64,000 nucleotides of DNA. Source: Lingula anatina. Its lineage: Eukaryota; Animalia; Brachiopoda. The notes beneath the pieces are model-generated. The model did no database searches. It was given only the letters and a program-made list of their open reading frames with translations, and was not told where the DNA came from. Location of the stretch: NCBI GenBank assembly GCA_051362555.1, contig CM120640.1, positions 46,540,788-46,604,787 of the forward strand, given 5' to 3'. Positions 61,061 to 64,000 of the stretch are shown here, in pieces. Position numbers and translations under genes: made by a program. The first letter of the stretch is position 1. Each line of letters opens with the position of its first letter.

Positions 61061-64000
61061 AGTGCACGGCGACGGCGACGACGGCGACGACAGCGACGAC
61101 GGCGACGACAGACGCAGATGATGGCTATATGTACAGACACATCTGTGTCTGTACATAAAAAACGAAATATTAAAAAGAATTTTCAATTTTTATTTTTCAT
61201 TGGCAATGTACATGTATATCAATTCTTTTGTAAGACAATAGGAGACTTGCATTCACACAAATCACCTAAGCAAAATGCCACAAAATCAGGTATACTTTGA
61301 GCTACTCGTACGACCCAATACTGGAGACCATCGCCAGCACCATGGCCAAACACGCTGAGAATTCACGTAAGTGAGCCAAAATTGTTGAAGTGACATGTGC
61401 TGTCCCAACTTTGAGCAATGGATATTTGACATGTCGTCTCTTAAATTAGGGAACAGCGTTTAAAGAACTCAATAAAAAACGTCTAGTGTCTAGCTTACAG
61501 TCGAATTTTCGCTTTGATAATTACTCAACTTAAAAATAACTTTGTTTATAACGTTGCTGCTGTATATTTGTATATCTGCAAGTAAAATATCTTGACTATG
61601 AGGGTAATATGCCATCAGTAGACAGAGGCATTGCCAGTAATAATGGTCAGCATATATTACACACTTAACTTTAAAATGACATAGCTCTGAAATGCACCAC
61701 ATGAATAACTGATTTCTATTTTATCAAGTAACAGTGATCACTAAGTGTGACAATTTTTGTCTCCCAGAGTCGGACATTGATGGGGAGGAGGTCCAAAATT
61801 GATAGATTTACCTTATCAAAGTCATAAATATCAATCTTTCTTAGCTTGTAGTCATAATACACACCCATACGTTACTATATCAAGCTTCTAGTGTTAGCTT
61901 GGCAGTAGCCGTTCCAGAGGGTAATCATTTCTAATATTATTGCACTTTCAGTACCAAACATTGTAGTTTGATTTATCTAAGCAAATTTGTTGTTCTCCAT
62001 AACTGAAATGGACCATGGTAACAAGTGTTCAGAATTGCGTAATGATAGAGTTCCGCAGATGCAGACAGCTGTCAGTGTTAAAGATTACAAATCTACAACC
62101 AAACACAAATGCGTATATCATCTATTTCTCTTAAATGGTTCATTTTTCTTCAATCACTACTTTCTTATATCTGTACACATATTCTAATCTGAAACCCTTG
62201 CATAACACACCCATTCTCTTTTGTTCCAAAGTCAGACAATTGCATTGTTAGGCGACATAAGCCATCATTCTTAGACTAATACATATCTATAATATATAGC
62301 AATGTTAAACAGGGCTACCATTATGAAGATTATTAATATTATTTACAAATTAATATTACTATCCTGAGTGACATCAGGTACTGTATAGTTATCCAAGCTG
62401 GTAGCTCGAATTTCGAAGACAATATATATGTATTTAATTAAACAAAAGTGACTTAATTGTAGTCATGCATTTCAAGCTTCCCAGCATTTTTTATGTCTTA
62501 AACATACTTCTAATGATGATTACAGAATTCAAACTGTTACATGCCTTTCAATAGCTATGAAGAGGTTAATCATCGTAAATTGAGCATAATGAATCATCTT
62601 ACACTCTTCACTAAAAATTCTTTTTTGGGAAAAAATATGTTTAATGTTAGATTCCATAATAGATGAAAATACTTCAATTACTTTTTTTCCCCAAAGCTTA
62701 TGATGGTAACAGTTACAGTTATTTCACATAGATGTAATGAAATCTAACAGTCATTTCCTGATATTGGCTCAAGAGCATAGTATTACAAAATAATAATAAT
62801 AATGCAATGTGTGTGTACATAAAAAATAACATGATTATCTTCACTACAATTTCAGACAACCAATGCTAAACCAAAATTAATTATCCTTTTACAATTTCTT
62901 TTGTCTTATTATAATATTGACCAGATCATCTTAACTATCCAGCACAAGTTTTTGCAAAATCCACAGCAGGAATTGAGCATCACCACACTGCTTTAAATTC
63001 ACCAAGGAAAAATAACACAAATTTCAAGATAAATAAAGAATGAACTTGCCAACTTAATTTCAGTTGGTTTTTAGTACAAGTTGAAGTGCAATGGATGAAA
63101 TCAGTTTTGAACAATTGCACAAAAACATGACTAGATTTCTTTTCAGCCATTATGTCCTCTTCAAATCTGACAGATTCATTCTGAAAAATCTACCACAAAT
63201 TTAAAGATTCATACTTATTTGTAGTAAAATAGTTGCACAGTACTGGCAAAACAAAGCTCAAGTATTTATTTTATATTTATCAGCATGTGTTTTTTCTGCC
63301 AAAAACAACACTTAAATCACTTAAACAGGTTTCTGTTAATCCATTGGTCCCGTAGAATCTGATATCAATTCTACTTCAACCAAACACACTTTCAGCTTTC
63401 CTGCTATTCACACAGTTCAATACTAAGTAAAACTACAGTACAATTTATAAAACATTTTAAAATTCGATAAAAAGCTGGAGATTCCATCTTTGCAAAAGCT
63501 CTCACAATGCACTTAATTACAGCTCATGAAAACATGCACTCCATGCCATGACAGATACAGACTTTGTCTCCAAAAAGCATGGGGATTTGCCTTATCACAC
63601 TTGCTATTAAACTAAAGTCATAGGACAGGACATATGACATGAGGCTATCTTAAGAATGTTTTGCTAAATATATAGCCAAAAATTCTTTAAACTTCCTTTG
63701 CTTTCAAAATTGCAATTAAATATTACACCTTCAGAGACAATAAACACCTGGTCTGTCATGACACCAGTTCCTCATCTTTTTAGGCCATAGCAGAAGGCAG
63801 TTTTGGTGATGGATGCAATGGACTTTCCATTATCACTCTGCATCTTTAAATTACACAGCATAAAAACTCTTTTAATACTACAGAAAATTTCTCTCAGACA
63901 TTAATCAACTTTTTATACTTAAGACTGCACAAATCAACCTGCCAATCTGTTCAGATCCTCAGACCAGCATTTGACAGAAAATAATAAAGTAACTTATTTT

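Larger units (their letters stand above)
58233..61162 (+). mobile_element. Two head-to-tail pearl/HINE-like elements carrying a 161-bp core repeat, a (GAC)n microsatellite and a 3' hairpin
   Basis: Unit A spans 58233-60187 and unit B 60184-61162. They share a ~430-bp leader containing AACAAGA, then 9 and 3 core repeats, then GGCGACGAC...CAGACGCAGATG, a perfect 13-bp stem TATGTACAGACAC-ATCT-GTGTCTGTACATA (60154-60183; 61128-61157) and an A-run. A partial third copy lies at ~57099-57530. Confidence 0.75.

Noticed and set aside
61200-64000. Possible gene in the last 3 kb
   Set aside because: AT-rich with only short ORFs and no consistent exon chain; treated as intergenic, intronic or UTR sequence.

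Overview
AT-rich, intron-containing animal genomic DNA, most likely from an invertebrate; the organism cannot be fixed from the sequence. (1) 55-3048 (+): 3' exons of a gene with a low-complexity Ser/Pro/Thr/Lys-rich tail whose last motif resembles a kinesin-8 (KIF18-like) tail. (2) 4359-19316 (-): a complete 24-exon secreted chitinase of about 2278 aa: signal peptide, catalytically degenerate GH18, intact GH18, then ten CBM14 (peritrophin-A) domains with Thr/Pro mucin linkers. (3) 22607-39313 (-): an array of 17 intact CBM14/mucin exons, Thr-rich micro-exons and at least one dead exon. (4) 40886-53077 (-): a paralogous SP-GH18(dead)-GH18(intact) gene whose last GH18 exon reads into a Thr-rich tail and a stop. 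It also has an internal donor that could splice it onto the CBM14 array, so units 3 and 4 are either one ~2935-aa gene with a truncating isoform or a split gene pair. Three tRNA-Thr(TGT) genes lie antisense in introns of unit 4, two of them in an intron that only this GH18 domain has. (5) 54900-61200: Kolobok-like and Helentron-associated (HINE/pearl-like) elements carrying a ~161-bp satellite. All exon boundaries were read by hand from splice signals and frame continuity; no database searches were run.
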